A stretch of DNA of 63,828 nt, counting the filler, from Craspedostauros australis (lineage: Eukaryota), in the NCBI GenBank assembly GCA_030167865.1. It is 12 parts of 12 records of this genome, joined end to end, with 100 filler letters (N's around TTAATTAATTAA, not from the genome) between each part and the next. Parts side by side here need not be neighbours in the genome. Positions count along the whole stretch, not along the records: positions 32,398 to 36,100 come from JALAGF010001253.1; positions 36,201 to 40,727 come from JALAGF010001254.1; positions 40,828 to 43,793 come from JALAGF010001255.1; positions 43,894 to 45,524 come from JALAGF010001256.1; 8 more parts are not named here. The stretch is one strand, 5' to 3'. Shown one piece after another: positions 32,398 to 45,624 of the stretch (its first letter is position 1; each line of letters starts with the position of its first letter). Below the pieces are notes generated by a model. The model did not search any database, had not been told where the DNA came from, and saw only the letters and a program-made list of their open reading frames with translations. Position numbers and translations under genes: made by a program.

Positions 32398-35300
32398 CTC
32401 CTGTCGCGCGCGAAACAAAATGAATCCCGCTCGTCCACCGAACCGGCACACGAAACATCACTGCGACTTTTACCACTTAAGAACTCCCACTCGCTTCAAG
32501 CGGGGGTCTCACACAGATCCAAGTGAACATCAGAGTCTCCGCCACAACGGTAACACAAGCGAAGCACAGCCCCATGGATACACAGGCACCAGTCTAATTA
32601 CCAACGCCTACCACACCCTCGCAACAACCTTCGGTTTCCAACATGCCTTCGCCGCACCCCACAAGGTGGAAGGCATCATCCCTCAAGACGGCTCCTTCGA
32701 TGTGGTATGGGACACTGGCGCCTCCATCTGCGTGACCAACGATATTAACGACTTCGTGGGCCCTACGTCTGCTCCAACCTCGCCAACCTTCCTCAACGGG
32801 TTCCTTCGCCGTACCAAGGTAAAGACGAAAGGCAGGGTTGAATGGTCCATCATCGACGTCAACGGCAACCCTCGATCCTTATCTCTCCCGGCTTTCTACG
32901 TGCCGCAGTCCTCAGTCAAGCTCATCAGCACCGCATGCCTCCTCAATGAATACAAAGGGGAGAATATTGTCGTGGAAGCGAACAACATCCAGCTGAGCGG
33001 CATCCCTGGAAACAACGAACGAGGTCTCATCATCGCCCACAACAAGAAATCGAACAACCTTCCGACCTCACGTGCATATCGCACTGGCGACCTCACCGAA
33101 CTCCCAGCGGCGCTCGCCACAACTGTAACTTCCGTGGCAGAGCAGAACCAAAACCTGACTCAACCGCAGAAGGAGCTGCTCAAGTGGCACTATCGACTCG
33201 GGCACCTCTCCTTCAGACGAGTGCAGTTCCTACTCCGATCCGGCGCCCTTGTCAACACTGAGGCATCACGGAAGATGCAAACAGCTGCCGCCCGCGTACA
33301 AGAATGCCCGNNNNNNNNNNNNNNNNNNNNNNNNNNNNNNNNNNNNNNNNNNNNNNNNNNNNNNNNNNNNNNNNNNNNNNNNNNNNNNNNNNNNNNNNNN
33401 NNNNNNNNNCACCTCTTCCCGGGTCAGCAAGTCTCAGTGGACCACTTCGTGGGACGCACCTTGGGCCGCCTCTTCACAGGAAGAGGCAAGTCCGATGCAT
33501 CGGAGATGTACAAGGGTGGCGCAATGTTCGTGGACCACGCGTCCGGCTACATACACGTGGAGCCAGTTGCATCCCTCACGACCCACGCTACATTGGAAGC
33601 AAAGGAACGCTTTGAATCCATGTGCCGCGATGTGGGTGTGCCTGTGCGCTCGTACCTCTCGGACAACGCCACCACCTTTACATCGCCAGACTACGCCNNN
33701 NNNNNNNNNNNNNNNNNNNNNNNNNNNNNNNNNNNNNNNNNNNNNNNNCACCATCACAACGGAGTGGCCGAGCGCAGCATCCGCACGATCATCTCTATGG
33801 CACGAACAATGATGATGCATCAAAGCATTCATTGGCCTACAATGTTCGATGCCCAGCACTGGCCCATGGCCGTCATCCATGCCGCTTACGTACACAATCG
33901 CGTACCAAGCGCAGCAACAGGACTCACGCCTTTGGATATTCTCTCGCGCACGCGCATGCCCCTGAAACAGCTACACAACCTACATGTGTGGGGCAGCCCC
34001 GTCTACGTCTTNNNNNNNNNNNNNNNNNNNGGCCGCAAGATACCAAGATGGGAACCACGTGGGGAGCGCTATGTAAACATGGGACTCTCCGCTCGCCACG
34101 CATCCACGGTTCCGCTGGTCCTCTCGCCGAGGACAGGATCAATCACACCACAATTTCACGTTGTGTTTGACGATTGGTTTGCGACGATAGCGACTGATTT
34201 GGCTGACCTCCCAGACTACAATTCAACAGAATGGACACACATGTTCGGCGATACTACGTATCAAATACCGTTCGATGACGACGATGTCATTGCTATGGAA
34301 GAGCGGGACATCGAGCGAGAGGATGAAGCCGACCATCAGCGATTCCTTCCCTCACACGATGACGAACCGCCAGCAAAATTGTTGTCAGAAACGCCAAACA
34401 CAAGAACCCCGACTGTGAGTGAACGAAATTCGCCAACTCACATTTTGAGGCAACCCGTGACATCACACACGAAGAACGAAGTTACCCCAATCGACCAAGT
34501 GCAACCACCTCAGCAAACCAGCCACTCGCCAACAACGATCGATATCAACAAGCCGATACCACCAATGCCGTCGAAAGAGGGAGCCGAAGAGACTCCGACA
34601 AGCCTCCCTAAACCGTTGCCACCGACAGAGGGAGTTGCCAACGACAACAGTGACGACGACGTGCAACCACCGATCGACTCTCCTCCAACTTCACCGCTGC
34701 GCAAACCCATCACTGTACCAACAGAACAACCAACGATTAGAAAGGCAAAACCGCCTCCACTACGCCGCTCCGGACGCATCAACAAGCGCACACCACGAGA
34801 GCGACGGACTGTCGAGCGCCTCACCTACGACACGTTGGGTGGAAAAGTGGCCTGGGCCGACGACATCACACAACCATCCGAAACCAGCGCAAACGTAACC
34901 ACCGTCGCAATGGGTGAACCCAGCAAGGACCAAGCCGTGGCAGACATGAAACATGCTCTCCAGACCTGCCGTGCGACACTCAAGAAATACGCCACTCATC
35001 AGGATGACGCAGTAACACAGAAGGCCCACGCTCTGGTGCGCCACGCCGACTCCATGCTCCGAAATCTAGCGACAATCGAAACCACAGCATTGACTCAGGA
35101 AGAACGACGCTGGGCACAGGGCGACCTCGAGATGGAGAGGATGCTTCGCATCCAACAACTCGAAATCCGAGCCAGAATGCGCAAGGAACAAGAGGACGCA
35201 GTGACAAGCGGAGGAGCGCCAACCAACGAACACCACATCCTAATGGCAAGTAATCCGCCCGAAACACTCGCGGATGACGACGATTCTTCTGACGATTCTG

Positions 35301-36100
35301 AGATGGGACCCACGGAGATGGCAACCCTGTGGACCCAACTTCCACGCGTTGTCCAATACATGGAACACTACTTCGACAATGTAGTGCGCTTCCGATTTCC
35401 GTCGAGGGACGCCCGCATGCAATGTCTCTACTACGCCATTCGCCGACTGATTGATACTCTCGACGACCTCATCCTTGCTGATGAATACGAACTGCCTGTC
35501 TCCTACTTTGACTTCATCCCACGGACGGAAGGAGAGCCATACACCCTTGAGCGAGCAATCGCGGCAGTCAACAGCGGCATGCGGCCGCCCGACGACAGCG
35601 AAAGACTGTACAACTTCATGACTCGAGCCAGCTGCGTTTGGAATATCGCCACACACAACGAACGCTACGAAGTCGCCCTACATCACCTGCTCGTCCAGCT
35701 CGGAGTGGCTCCGGCGATCCCACCGAACATCCCAGTCCCTCCAAGTGAGTTCGAGCCTCCTGAACGCACCGAGCATCATGCGATGGCAGCCATCCTCGAC
35801 CGTGACAACAACGACAACGGCGAGCACAACGCTCTCATCACATACGACCTACTCAGCTTCTTCACCAGCGGCGGTGACCTCAGCCTCACAGACCGATACT
35901 TCAGCTACAAGGCGTCAAAAGCCGACCCAGACACGCTTTCCTTCAACGAGGCAATGAACGACGACAACAAGAGTGAATGGATGGCCGCCGCACACAAGGA
36001 AATTCACGACCTCACGAAGAAAGGGACATGGATTGAGGTACCAAAGTCCTCCACCACCGACCGCATCTTTCCAGGCACGTGGGTATTCCGACGCAAGCGA
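32398..36100 (+). mobile_element. Ty1/Copia pol fragment (protease, HHCC, integrase, long linker, start of RT)
   Basis: VVWDTGAS, LLKWHYRLGH, VSVDHF, SDNA, NGVAER, PQFHVVFDD, DPDTLSFNEAM, TWVFRRKR. Internal N gaps. Confidence 0.9.
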
Positions 36101-36497
36101 NNNNNNNNNNNNNNNNNNNNNNNNNNNNNNNNNNNNNNNNNNNNTTAATTAATTAANNNNNNNNNNNNNNNNNNNNNNNNNNNNNNNNNNNNNNNNNNNN
36201 GCTTGACCGCCTTGAGAATCCTCTTCTCCTTACGGTGTAGTCTTGCAGACCGTTCTTCTTCGGTCTCGTCGATCGCGCTTGCGTTTGCGCCTGATAGGAC
36301 AGTAGCCGCGGCTGCTTCCTTCTCTTCTCGTGGTGGAGTCTCACTCGCACCTTCTTCTCTCTTGATAGCCGGNNNNNNNNNNNNNNNNNNNNNNNNNNNN
36401 NNNNNNNNNNNNNNNNNNNNNNNNNNNNNNNNNNNNNNNNNNNNNNNNNNNNNNNNNNNNNNNNNNNNNNNNNNNNNNNNNNNNNNGTTTATAAACG

Positions 36498-37294
36498 TGT
36501 TGGCAAGTTCCGCTCACGGTAACCTACGATCGTGGAAGATGGTGTTGGTTGATAGTCGTCTGTTTGCTATTTCATTAGTTGGCTACTCCGATCCTCTCGG
36601 TGTACGCCGTTTTCTTGCCCGATGCTCTTGGCGCTTCAATCTGTTTCGTAGATTCAATCTTCGACTATGAGTCGGTACGCGAGATCCTCTCTCGCTCCTC
36701 TCTGTATTCTCTCTCTCACTCTCTCTCTCAATATCGTGTGCTCATGCTACACGATACTCTGTGTTCGATGCGTGCTCCGCATTCGACACTCCGTTCATTC
36801 AGTACTGGCTTCTACTCCATGAGTACTTACCATTTGAAGTTCACCTTCAGTATCCATGATCTTCATGGGTCATTGCATCTTCGCCTCCTGCTCTGACTTG
36901 GAGACAGCTGTCGACGTGGCGACATGTTGACATCCTGTTGACGTCAGTAGGTGTCCTTCTGCTCTCCAGATGTCATGTTCCATTGGTGATGCAGCAGCCT
37001 GTCAGATGATATCGTCATCTGAGGTTTAGTTGGGAAGTANNNNNNNNNNNNNNNNNNNNNNNNNNNNNNNNNNNNNNNNNNNNNNNNNNNNNNNNCAGAA
37101 ATCGTTATTTGCAAATTTCCTCCAGAAATCTTGCCCCTTTTCGTGTGTTCCATTTCCCCTGTAATTCTGACGAATCACAGCATACTATCTACACGAGTGT
37201 AGTTATACCGTCCAAGTACGTATGAGAGAATAGCGGGTGAACGATGCACATATACACGTACATTTTGACGTATACTCACATGTACATCTCGACA
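36498..37294 (-). repeat. LTR (about 797 bp, TG...CA), probable 5' LTR of a minus-strand Copia
   Basis: Diverged reverse-complement homolog of 37558-38359, TGTCGAGATG...TTGCCAACA. An open charged, gag-like stretch follows at 36372-36201. Confidence 0.85.
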
Positions 37295-37557
37295 AAGGTC
37301 CGTGTGGACAACATTGGAGCAATCTTCATTGCCAAGAACCCATCAACATCCCAACGATCGCGGCACATCGACGTGCGCCATCACTACGTGAGGAACATGG
37401 TAATCAACAAAACCATNNNNNNNNNNNNNNNNNNNNNNNNNNNNAACACAAGCGACGGATTCACCAAGAACATCAAGGCCGACTTACAACGTGAACACGA
37501 GAAGTCGTACCTTGACACATCGAGAACATTCGAATGATCGAATGCACACAGGAAGGG
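37295..37557 (+). mobile_element. Copia RNase H C-terminus plus polypurine tract
   Basis: VDNIGAIFIAKN...RSRHIDVRHHYVR...SDGFTK, stop at 37537, AGGAAGGG immediately before TG. Confidence 0.88.
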
Positions 37558-38359
37558 TGTCGAGATGTACATGTGAGTATATGTCGAAATGTACGTGTAT
37601 ATGTGCATCGTTCACCCGTTATTCTCTCATACGCACTTGGACGGTATAACTACATCTGTGTTGATAGTATGCTGTGATTCGTCAGAATTACAGCGGAAAT
37701 GGAACACACGAAAATGAGCGGAATTTCTGGAGGAAATTTGCAATTGACGATTTCTGAGGGAATTAGAAATATCGTCCGTCCATCCATCAATGATACCAAG
37801 AGAATCTCAAGGTACTTCCCAACTAAACCTCAGATGACGATATCATCTGACAGACTGCTGCATCACCAATGGAACGTGACATCTGGAGAGCAGAAGGACG
37901 CCTACTGACGTTGACAGGATGTCATCGTGTTACCACGTCGACAGCTGTCTCCGAGTCAGAGCAGGAGGCGAAGATCCGATGACTGAAGGGCATCAAGATC
38001 ATGGATACTGAAGGTGAACTTCAAATGGTAAGTACTCATGGAGTAGAAGCCAGTACTGAATGAACGGAGTGTCGGATGCGGAGTACGCATCAAACACGGA
38101 GTATCATGTAGTACGAAATACACGATGCTAAGACAGAGAGAGAGAGAATACAGAGAGGAGCGAGAGAGCATCTCGCGTACCGACTCATAGTCGGGTGATC
38201 GAATCTACGAAACAGATTGAAGCGCCAAGAGCATCGGGCAAGAGAACAGGCGTACACCGAGAGGATCGGAGTAGCCAACTAATGAAATAGCAAACGAACA
38301 ACTATCAACCAACACCATCTTCCATGATCGTAGGCTTCCGTGAGCGGAACTTGCCAACA
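37558..38359 (+). repeat. 3' LTR (802 bp, TG...CA)
   Basis: Follows the PPT directly and is homologous to 36498-37294. Confidence 0.88.
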
Positions 38360-40170
38360 TGGTTGGCCCCTCGCCAGAGTTGGGCCGCAAGGGTCAATGG
38401 TAGTGGAGAGCATCCAGGCCAGAGCTTCTTCTGTGGTGTCATGTGACGGGAGGCGAGGATGTTGCTGCCACGTTCGTCTTCCATGCCTTCGCAGTGATTG
38501 ATACCAGCGATGACTCACTCAAGTGGTGGTACCTCCTTCGGTGGAGCGATGCCAGTGACGAAGACTCAGTAAAACCAAGCGACATCGTCATGGTAAGATC
38601 GGCCTTCGGAGGAAGGACGGAAGAGATTTTCACAGGAGTATGGTGTCGGTGTCATGGTGATGACAATGAGACGGCAGGTGGATGGATTGTACGAATGGGT
38701 GGATGGATGGATCAATCGAAGGTGAACGTGAAGTATGTGTCAATTTTCCGGATGTATGGACCGATCGATGCATTGCTGTGCTCCGTGGATGGTGGAGCAG
38801 GTACAGGGAAAGCAATGACGATGCGAATCAAACGCAACATGAAGGGGACGGCGATGCACAGAGGAAGAAAGGGCCAGACTGATTCCGTAAAAACATGGAT
38901 GTGGACTTCGTGGAGGCAGCACAGGACGCTTGTCGACAGTCGGGTCATCCGAAGCGCATTTCAAATCCAACGCATCCGCGCTAAGTATATTCAGAATTAA
39001 GACCAACAAAACATGAAAGATGCAATACATAGACGATCGAAGGACATCCTGGCGCGTGTGGCACGCAAGCAAGTTGGAAGCATATGAAGAACATCCGAAA
39101 TAGTTAGGCAAGCACCTCAAGAATCGGAAGATAAAGCACATAAAGAGCACCATGGCGCCAACCGGTAAATCTAGAACGAAACGTGGATAAGATACACGAC
39201 TCATAACGAACCATCGAGTCGATGGACTCAACGGGACTGAGGTCGTGACTCAGGATAGGGGCGCGCCAGCCTCGCCAGTTATGAAATCATGAGCCACGCA
39301 AACACCTCCAATGAGTTCATAATTATTTCGATTGACGTTATGTCGACGTTGACCCCCAATTCAGTGAGGAGCCGAAAGGTATCTTGTGCCCTAAATGAAG
39401 CGATATGATTGGCCGAGAGGCCCAGATGATGAAATTATGACCCTTACAACCGCCTCCATTCTCTGGCCTGGCTTGTATGTGTGTTCCACGAAAAGTGCAA
39501 AGACATTGCTGAGCGACGCATCGTCCTTTCACAATTTGGAAGAAGCAGACACGAGTAGTCATGATCAACGTTCCGTGCACGGTCCATAAGTATTTCTTCA
39601 GTTCATTGCGGACAGCACTGGCTTGGAGATGGCTTGGACTGGACCGGAGATCAGAAAAGACGGCGTGTTATCTTCGAGTAAATCCCCAATCGGAGTGTGG
39701 AACACAAACGCGCAAGAGGCGCGATTCGCACTTCGTGCCTGTACTTGCTCTCTCGCGACACCAGTATCACAACACCGCACAGAGAGAGGCTGCGTGGCTT
39801 GTATGTGTCTGTATGTGAGGCGCGGCAAGGACCGAATGCCATGACATCCATGCGAGCGCTGTGTCGACAACGAATCAGGAAGGGTCATTGGTGGTGATGG
39901 AAAGAAGACCACGGTGCCCTGCACACCTGACACGAGTACATGCCGTACGCGCCGATTGCGACAGGTATCGTGCATCAGCGAGCGGACCAGTCAACACATC
40001 AACTCAAGCGAGTAACATGTTCTTGTGCCTTGCGTCCAACACTGACCATTCCATTCCCATAGAACTACATCACAACTCACACCCCATCCTACATTCGCAA
40101 CACAAACTCCAGCTGCCAATTCCAACTCTCACGAAGAACGAGTGATCTCCAAACAACGTACTCTGTTGTG

Positions 40171-40230
40171 CTCTGCTCTACTCTGCTCTGCTCTTCTCTA
40201 CTCTACTCTACTCTGCTCTGCTCTGCTCTG
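40171..40230 (+). repeat. (CTCTR)n pentanucleotide microsatellite
   Basis: 12 tandem CTCTG/CTCTA units (one CTCTT) about 45 bp upstream of the ATG at 40277. Confidence 0.9.
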
Positions 40231-40276
40231 CTTATACCACACTTCACAATCCACAATCCCCATTTCTCACTCCGCG

Positions 40277-40727
40277 ATGCCTTTGTTCAGCCTCAAGCGG
40301 AAATCGTCGAGCGACGTCGATGCCGTCGGCAGTATCGATGAACAGCACATCACCATCGTGTCTGCTCCCGCAGATGGCGACGATGCCGGCGATGATGCCG
40401 ACTGGGCCGAACACTCGGAGCCCCTGCGGCTCTCCAAACGAGATGCGCATCGCAGTCACCAGTCCGGCGACGTAAGCAGGGCGTCCACCACGAGCACCAC
40501 AGAAATGTCCGTCTCCAGCGCGTCGGATTACCAATCATCCAGGCGGGAAAGCAACCTCAGAGGCTCGATACTCATGCGCAACGTCTCGCAACGCCCCGTC
40601 CGAATGCTCAGCATCAACGCCAATCGATTGAGGGAGTACTCTCACGAGCGGCTGGATTTCAGTCGGATCAGGCTCGTGGGCAGAAGCGAGGAGATGAAGA
40701 CACTGAACCAGATGCTGGATCGTCACG
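40277..40727 (+). CDS. N-terminus of a STAND/AAA_16-type protein (3' truncated)
   Basis: Disordered N-terminus, then LDFSRIRLVGRSEEMKTL, the motif that precedes the P-loop in this family. Confidence 0.55.
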
Positions 40728-40827
40728 NNNNNNNNNNNNNNNNNNNNNNNNNNNNNNNNNNNNNNNNNNNNTTAATTAATTAANNNNNNNNNNNNNNNNN
40801 NNNNNNNNNNNNNNNNNNNNNNNNNNN

Positions 40828-41547
40828 CCTTGGTTGCCGGAGGTGCTGATGGATCCTTCTTTCGTGAGGTGGCTTTGTCTGGGTGGCAGATCGCCCATCC
40901 CTGCCTGATGGCTTGAGGGAAGTCCACTTTGGCATTTCGTTCACAATTTGCCGTTTCTGCTGCTGCCGCTGCTGGTTCCAGAACACGCGAAGTGAGAACA
41001 CGTTTGAACACTTCCGTCTTGATGGTGCTCTTGTTTGTTGTTGTTGCGTGTCGTCGCTCANNNNNNNNNNNNNNNCGGATATTCTGTGGATCCATCACAA
41101 ATGCCGGTGGGACCTCTGTGATGTCCTCATCATTGCAAGTGACATCGAGATGGAGAATGTCAAATTTGTCGATCTTGCCCTGAGTGATAGTCTCTGGATG
41201 TGTCAAGCCCGATGATGCTGTGACCTGAATTTTGTCATCGATCAGATCAATTTGATGGGTGGCGCGAACGGAAACTCGGTTGGTCGCGAATGCTTTTTCC
41301 TTTCCGTCCACACCACACATGATGGCATGTCCCAATCTGCTCAGATCCAACAGAAGTGTTGTTGTCCCCTTGATGTTGGCAGCTTTCAGCACTTTGAAAA
41401 CATCGCCTTCGGTGGCAATCTTTGCGTCCCTGGCACTGTCCACATACAACCTGAGTTGACGTGAGACGAAACCGAAGTGTCCGTCCAAAGCACTCTTGCC
41501 AGCTTGTGCCTCAGTGTACGACCTGCACTCAATGTAAAACGGTGTCG
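40828..41547 (-). pseudogene. Fragment of an unclassified DDE-type transposase-like gene, interrupted at its 5' side
   Basis: Open frame containing SYTEAQAGKSALDGHFG. Upstream it abuts a repeated element end at about 41548-41553. Confidence 0.45.
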
Positions 41548-41552
41548 CGATA

Positions 41553-43793
41553 GCACTAGTTGTGGAGTGTTTTTTGAGTTTTACTCGTGATGAGTCGTGA
41601 TAAAGTAGACTAAAATAGAGCACATCCAAAACCATCCAAACAACTGCTTATGATGTTATATCTCGACAACACACCGTTTAAAAATTAAAAATAGACAGTG
41701 CATCCGGACGAGTGGCTATCAGTGATTCTGAATATTGAAGTTAAATTTGTATGGACTTTATTTTTAATGTCGTTTTGGCTTGCTGTCTGTCAGGTGGTGG
41801 GTGCGAAAAATTCTCGATGGCACCATGCTGCCCTACCTTCAGCACCCATGATCATCATTATCATCCCTGGCATTTTCACAATCTGCGCACCACATTAGCT
41901 CCATATACCCCCCATCTATCCACTCCATGAAGCTTCTCCACGGATAGCCGCATCTCATACTCCGAACTGTCCCTGCACTGAAAAGCAGAATTTTTGAACA
42001 CCCGATTTCGACGCGGATGCCGTCCATATTTGGATCCGTATCTCGTCGATACGATCCTTGCAGCTCCTCCACATGCCCCTCATGCGTTCCCACATTCTCT
42101 GGCGACACACTGATGTGTCCAGAATGGGTGGGGCGCTCATACCTCCAAAGGTACATCTCCATGTGCTGATGCCAACATGGAGTTTTTGCGATACCCAAAA
42201 ACCCCATTTTGTGTGCATCCCACCTTGCAGCCTCTTACAGACCGTATCCGTGGAGAAGGCTCCGCCCTGGTCATCTTGAGTTGATTCCGAACATATCTTG
42301 TATGGGTGGCTTTGCGATTTGGGTGACTTGCCAATGGCACCCATCACGAGCGAAGTCATGTGATGTGTCCGCCGCCACCCACCAAGAAACTCTTGCCCTC
42401 AACTTGTTTCTTGCGGAGGGCACCTTCCAGGCCACCCCCGACCCTCAAACTTCGTGTGCATCTTCACCGCATCCTCTTGGATGCGTCTTGCCCATCAATA
42501 GTCGTTGGAATGGCCTGTGCATTCCAGGCAGAGACCATATCCAAAGAGCAGATTTTCCTCCGAATCGTGTCGCTTGCGCGTGGGCCTGCCACGGCCCCAA
42601 ATCAACCACTCCGGCAACCCCCTCTCGCTCATCTACTAAACTTTACATGGCGGTTCCGCCTATGCGATCGGATCTTGCACTGGACCGCTGGTTGTCGCAG
42701 TGCCGTCGATTCCTTTCGACGGCGCTTGAGGAGTTTTGTTGTGTTTCTCCATTGTCATGTTGTTGTGTTGTGTTTGGTGTTCTCAAACAGTTTTTGCTGT
42801 CGGGGGCCACGGAGATTAACCACAATTCTACCGAATGTGCCCATCAATGAGAACACTTTGCGAGTCCCGAATTGCACCTCCATTCCACAACAACAAAACT
42901 GTCCTCACAAAGTGGACAACGGAAACATTGCGCATCTGGGACGACCAGCTGTTGATTCTCTGTTGCTTGTAGCCATTGCTTTTACAACAATGTACAATGA
43001 CTGGGACTCTCCACATGGGAGAGAGCGGACGACACAATGCACCTGGTGACCATCCAATGTTGCCCATGCCCCGGTGATGCGCCGCGCCATGCTGTGCTTC
43101 GATGGCTGATGATGCGATGCGCTGTGTTGCTGTCCTCGTGATTCTGGTGTGCGTCGCGACGCCCCTTTGAAGTATACTGCAGCCTCCATCACCACAATAC
43201 ACATCATCCTGCAATCACTGTACTCTTCACCTTGCAAGCATGATGCTCGCTGGTGACTGTGTGAAGGTGGCATCCCACCAGAGCTCAAGTGGCAGGGTCC
43301 TCGATCTGGGCTTATGTCATGTTGAGTTTGCAATGAAACTGACTGCTGAAGGCGCTACGATCAAACGCGATGGGCCTCTTGCACCAGGAGAGGTGGCAAT
43401 GGTCATGGTGACCCCAGTGATGGGGCAGAGCCGAATGTACGTTGTTCGTGAGGATCTGTGCGCGCCACACAGCCTCGCTACCTTCGCGCGGACTCGCACT
43501 GCTGGTGGCCTTGCTAAGCCTTCCCTCCTTTCTCCCCAGCATCACTCCGTCGCTGTTACGCGTGTCAAAAACAAGGCTAAGCCCCCCACACCATCCCCAA
43601 CTACCACGGAATCGCAAGAAGCCAGCATCGCCGCTTTTCTCGAGGTCTCACGTCAGCAGAAAGAAACGGCAATCGCCCGTCTCAGCAAGCAGATGAAGAG
43701 AGGCGCAACAACGAAAGGATGGTTGCGAAAGGATGGAGGGCGTAGCAACACTAAGCCCACCAATAGAAAGAAACAACTTGATACGCAAGACAA
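41553..43793 (+). mobile_element. Left part of a mariner-like DNA transposon (TA|GCACTAGTTGT end, 1.7-kb leader, transposase 5' part from 43240)
   Basis: 43240-43780 is nearly identical to the start of the 47132-45625 transposase. The leader is homologous to 49400-48170. Confidence 0.6.
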
Positions 43794-43893
43794 NNNNNNN
43801 NNNNNNNNNNNNNNNNNNNNNNNNNNNNNNNNNNNNNTTAATTAATTAANNNNNNNNNNNNNNNNNNNNNNNNNNNNNNNNNNNNNNNNNNNN

Positions 43894-45524
43894 AGTAGTA
43901 CCATTCGAGAAAGCCACCGGCGACGGATCCATCGACAGAGCTGCGAAGGCAGCATGGAGGGCGCGAGCGATATGGTACAACGCAGACGAGGCAACAGCGG
44001 ACCGAGAGAATCCAACAATCAAGCAGTGGGAGCACTTTTTCAGGGACCTTGCAGATGGCAGAGTGACCGCCTTCGGACCGATCACACTACCCAACAAGGA
44101 CCCCACGAGGTTGCGCCTCCTACAGTTCGTGCTCAATGTGGCATCTACCAACCCACACGAAGTATTCCGCGCACATCTCAACAGCAACGGCACCGTGAAA
44201 AGCGCACGCGCAGTCAAAGTCTGGAAAGCAGCGAACCGAGTCCTCGGATCCAACTACGACCTAGGGACAGCACCCGTTGAAGACGCCGACGGTAACGAAA
44301 CACGCATGGGAGGGCTCACGCTACAATCCAATGACGATTCCCCAACTGACCCAAAAGAATCACACGGACCAGCCGCAGCCTCAATGCCAACGCATCTGAC
44401 CACAGAATCGCTCAGCACCGACAGCGACTCATATACCAGCAGACAGCCAACGAAGAGAACCAGGTTCAAATCGCCGAGGAGCACCACAGACTCGCATCGA
44501 GTCAGCCAGCAAAGCGGAGGCAGTTCGCAGTCCACAGGATCGGCACGAAGCAATGACTCATCCACAGACTCCGGTATCACCAACGCCCACCAACGCAAGC
44601 ATCGACAAGCGACAAAAGCGGCAAGAGCAGATGATCACTCAGTTAGCTCAGACGAAGAGTCCAACACGTCGCAAACGAAGATAGCGCCGCCAAGACACGA
44701 ATTCACGACCCGGTTCACCATCAAGCTCAACGTCGACAGAACCGAGGAAGACACAACGGCAGCAGTCAGAGATCGCATCCGACGCTGGTTCAGACAAGTC
44801 CGAAGAATCGATCCGTCCGCGGTGATACTGCCATGGAGAGAGTCCAGCAACACAGGACCGCACATCGCACACTCCGGGCAGATTCCAGAAAGAATGGACG
44901 AACTTCGAACATTCTTCCCTGGACTTCGAGCACCATCTGGCGAGACCGGAATCACCTACGCCAAAGTGCGCATTACCACCAGGGAAAATCCATTCGACAT
45001 CACGGCCGACAGGAACTCAGAACTCAACGCCTACTACTACAACGAACACGAAGGGTTGTACGAGGCGCAGCTCCAGGACGCAGAAGAAGTCAAAGAAATC
45101 GGATTCCTGCTGTACTCCGGAGGGTTCACCGACGTCGATGGCACAGTCGACATCATCAACAGAAGCCTCCGACGCAACAACAGCCAAATCCGAGTGGGAG
45201 GCAAGATCAAAAACATTGTTCAGGTCAGCACGGAAACCAGAGAGAAGTACAGAGAAGGCAAGAGGCACTGGACAGTGCAACCGTGGAGGGCAGTCAAACT
45301 CGAAGTCGAACGATCACAGGCATACAGCGCAGTCACCGAGGTGGCCAATCTGTTCAACACCAGGGAAGAGCGACCAGGAGCAACCAACCTCAGGTTCCTA
45401 CCAGACAAAAAGTACGAACAGATGTCACGAAAGAAGGCCAAATTCAGAGAAGGTCTGGTAGCCAAGCATCAGGCTATACTGTCAGTGATTGAGTACTCCG
45501 ACGCCGATGGAGTGATCCACCTCG
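43894..45524 (+). mobile_element. Internal ORF1 fragment of a second Ambal-like subfamily
   Basis: Protein is colinear with the 14653-17268 product (e.g. TTRFTIKLNVDRTE, EIGFLLYSGGFTDVD) with many synonymous changes. Confidence 0.92.
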
Positions 45525-45624
45525 NNNNNNNNNNNNNNNNNNNNNNNNNNNNNNNNNNNNNNNNNNNNTTAATTAATTAANNNNNNNNNNNNNNNNNNNN
45601 NNNNNNNNNNNNNNNNNNNNNNNN

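Noticed and set aside
38360..38380. TGGTTGGCCCC after the LTR as a tRNA primer-binding site
   Set aside because: This LTR is preceded by RNase H and a PPT (3' LTR), no gag follows, and I cannot match the sequence to a tRNA end.
40142..40276. LLCSALLCSALLYS signal-peptide-like N-terminus
   Set aside because: Translation of the CTCTR microsatellite from a non-ATG start; the real start is more likely 40277.
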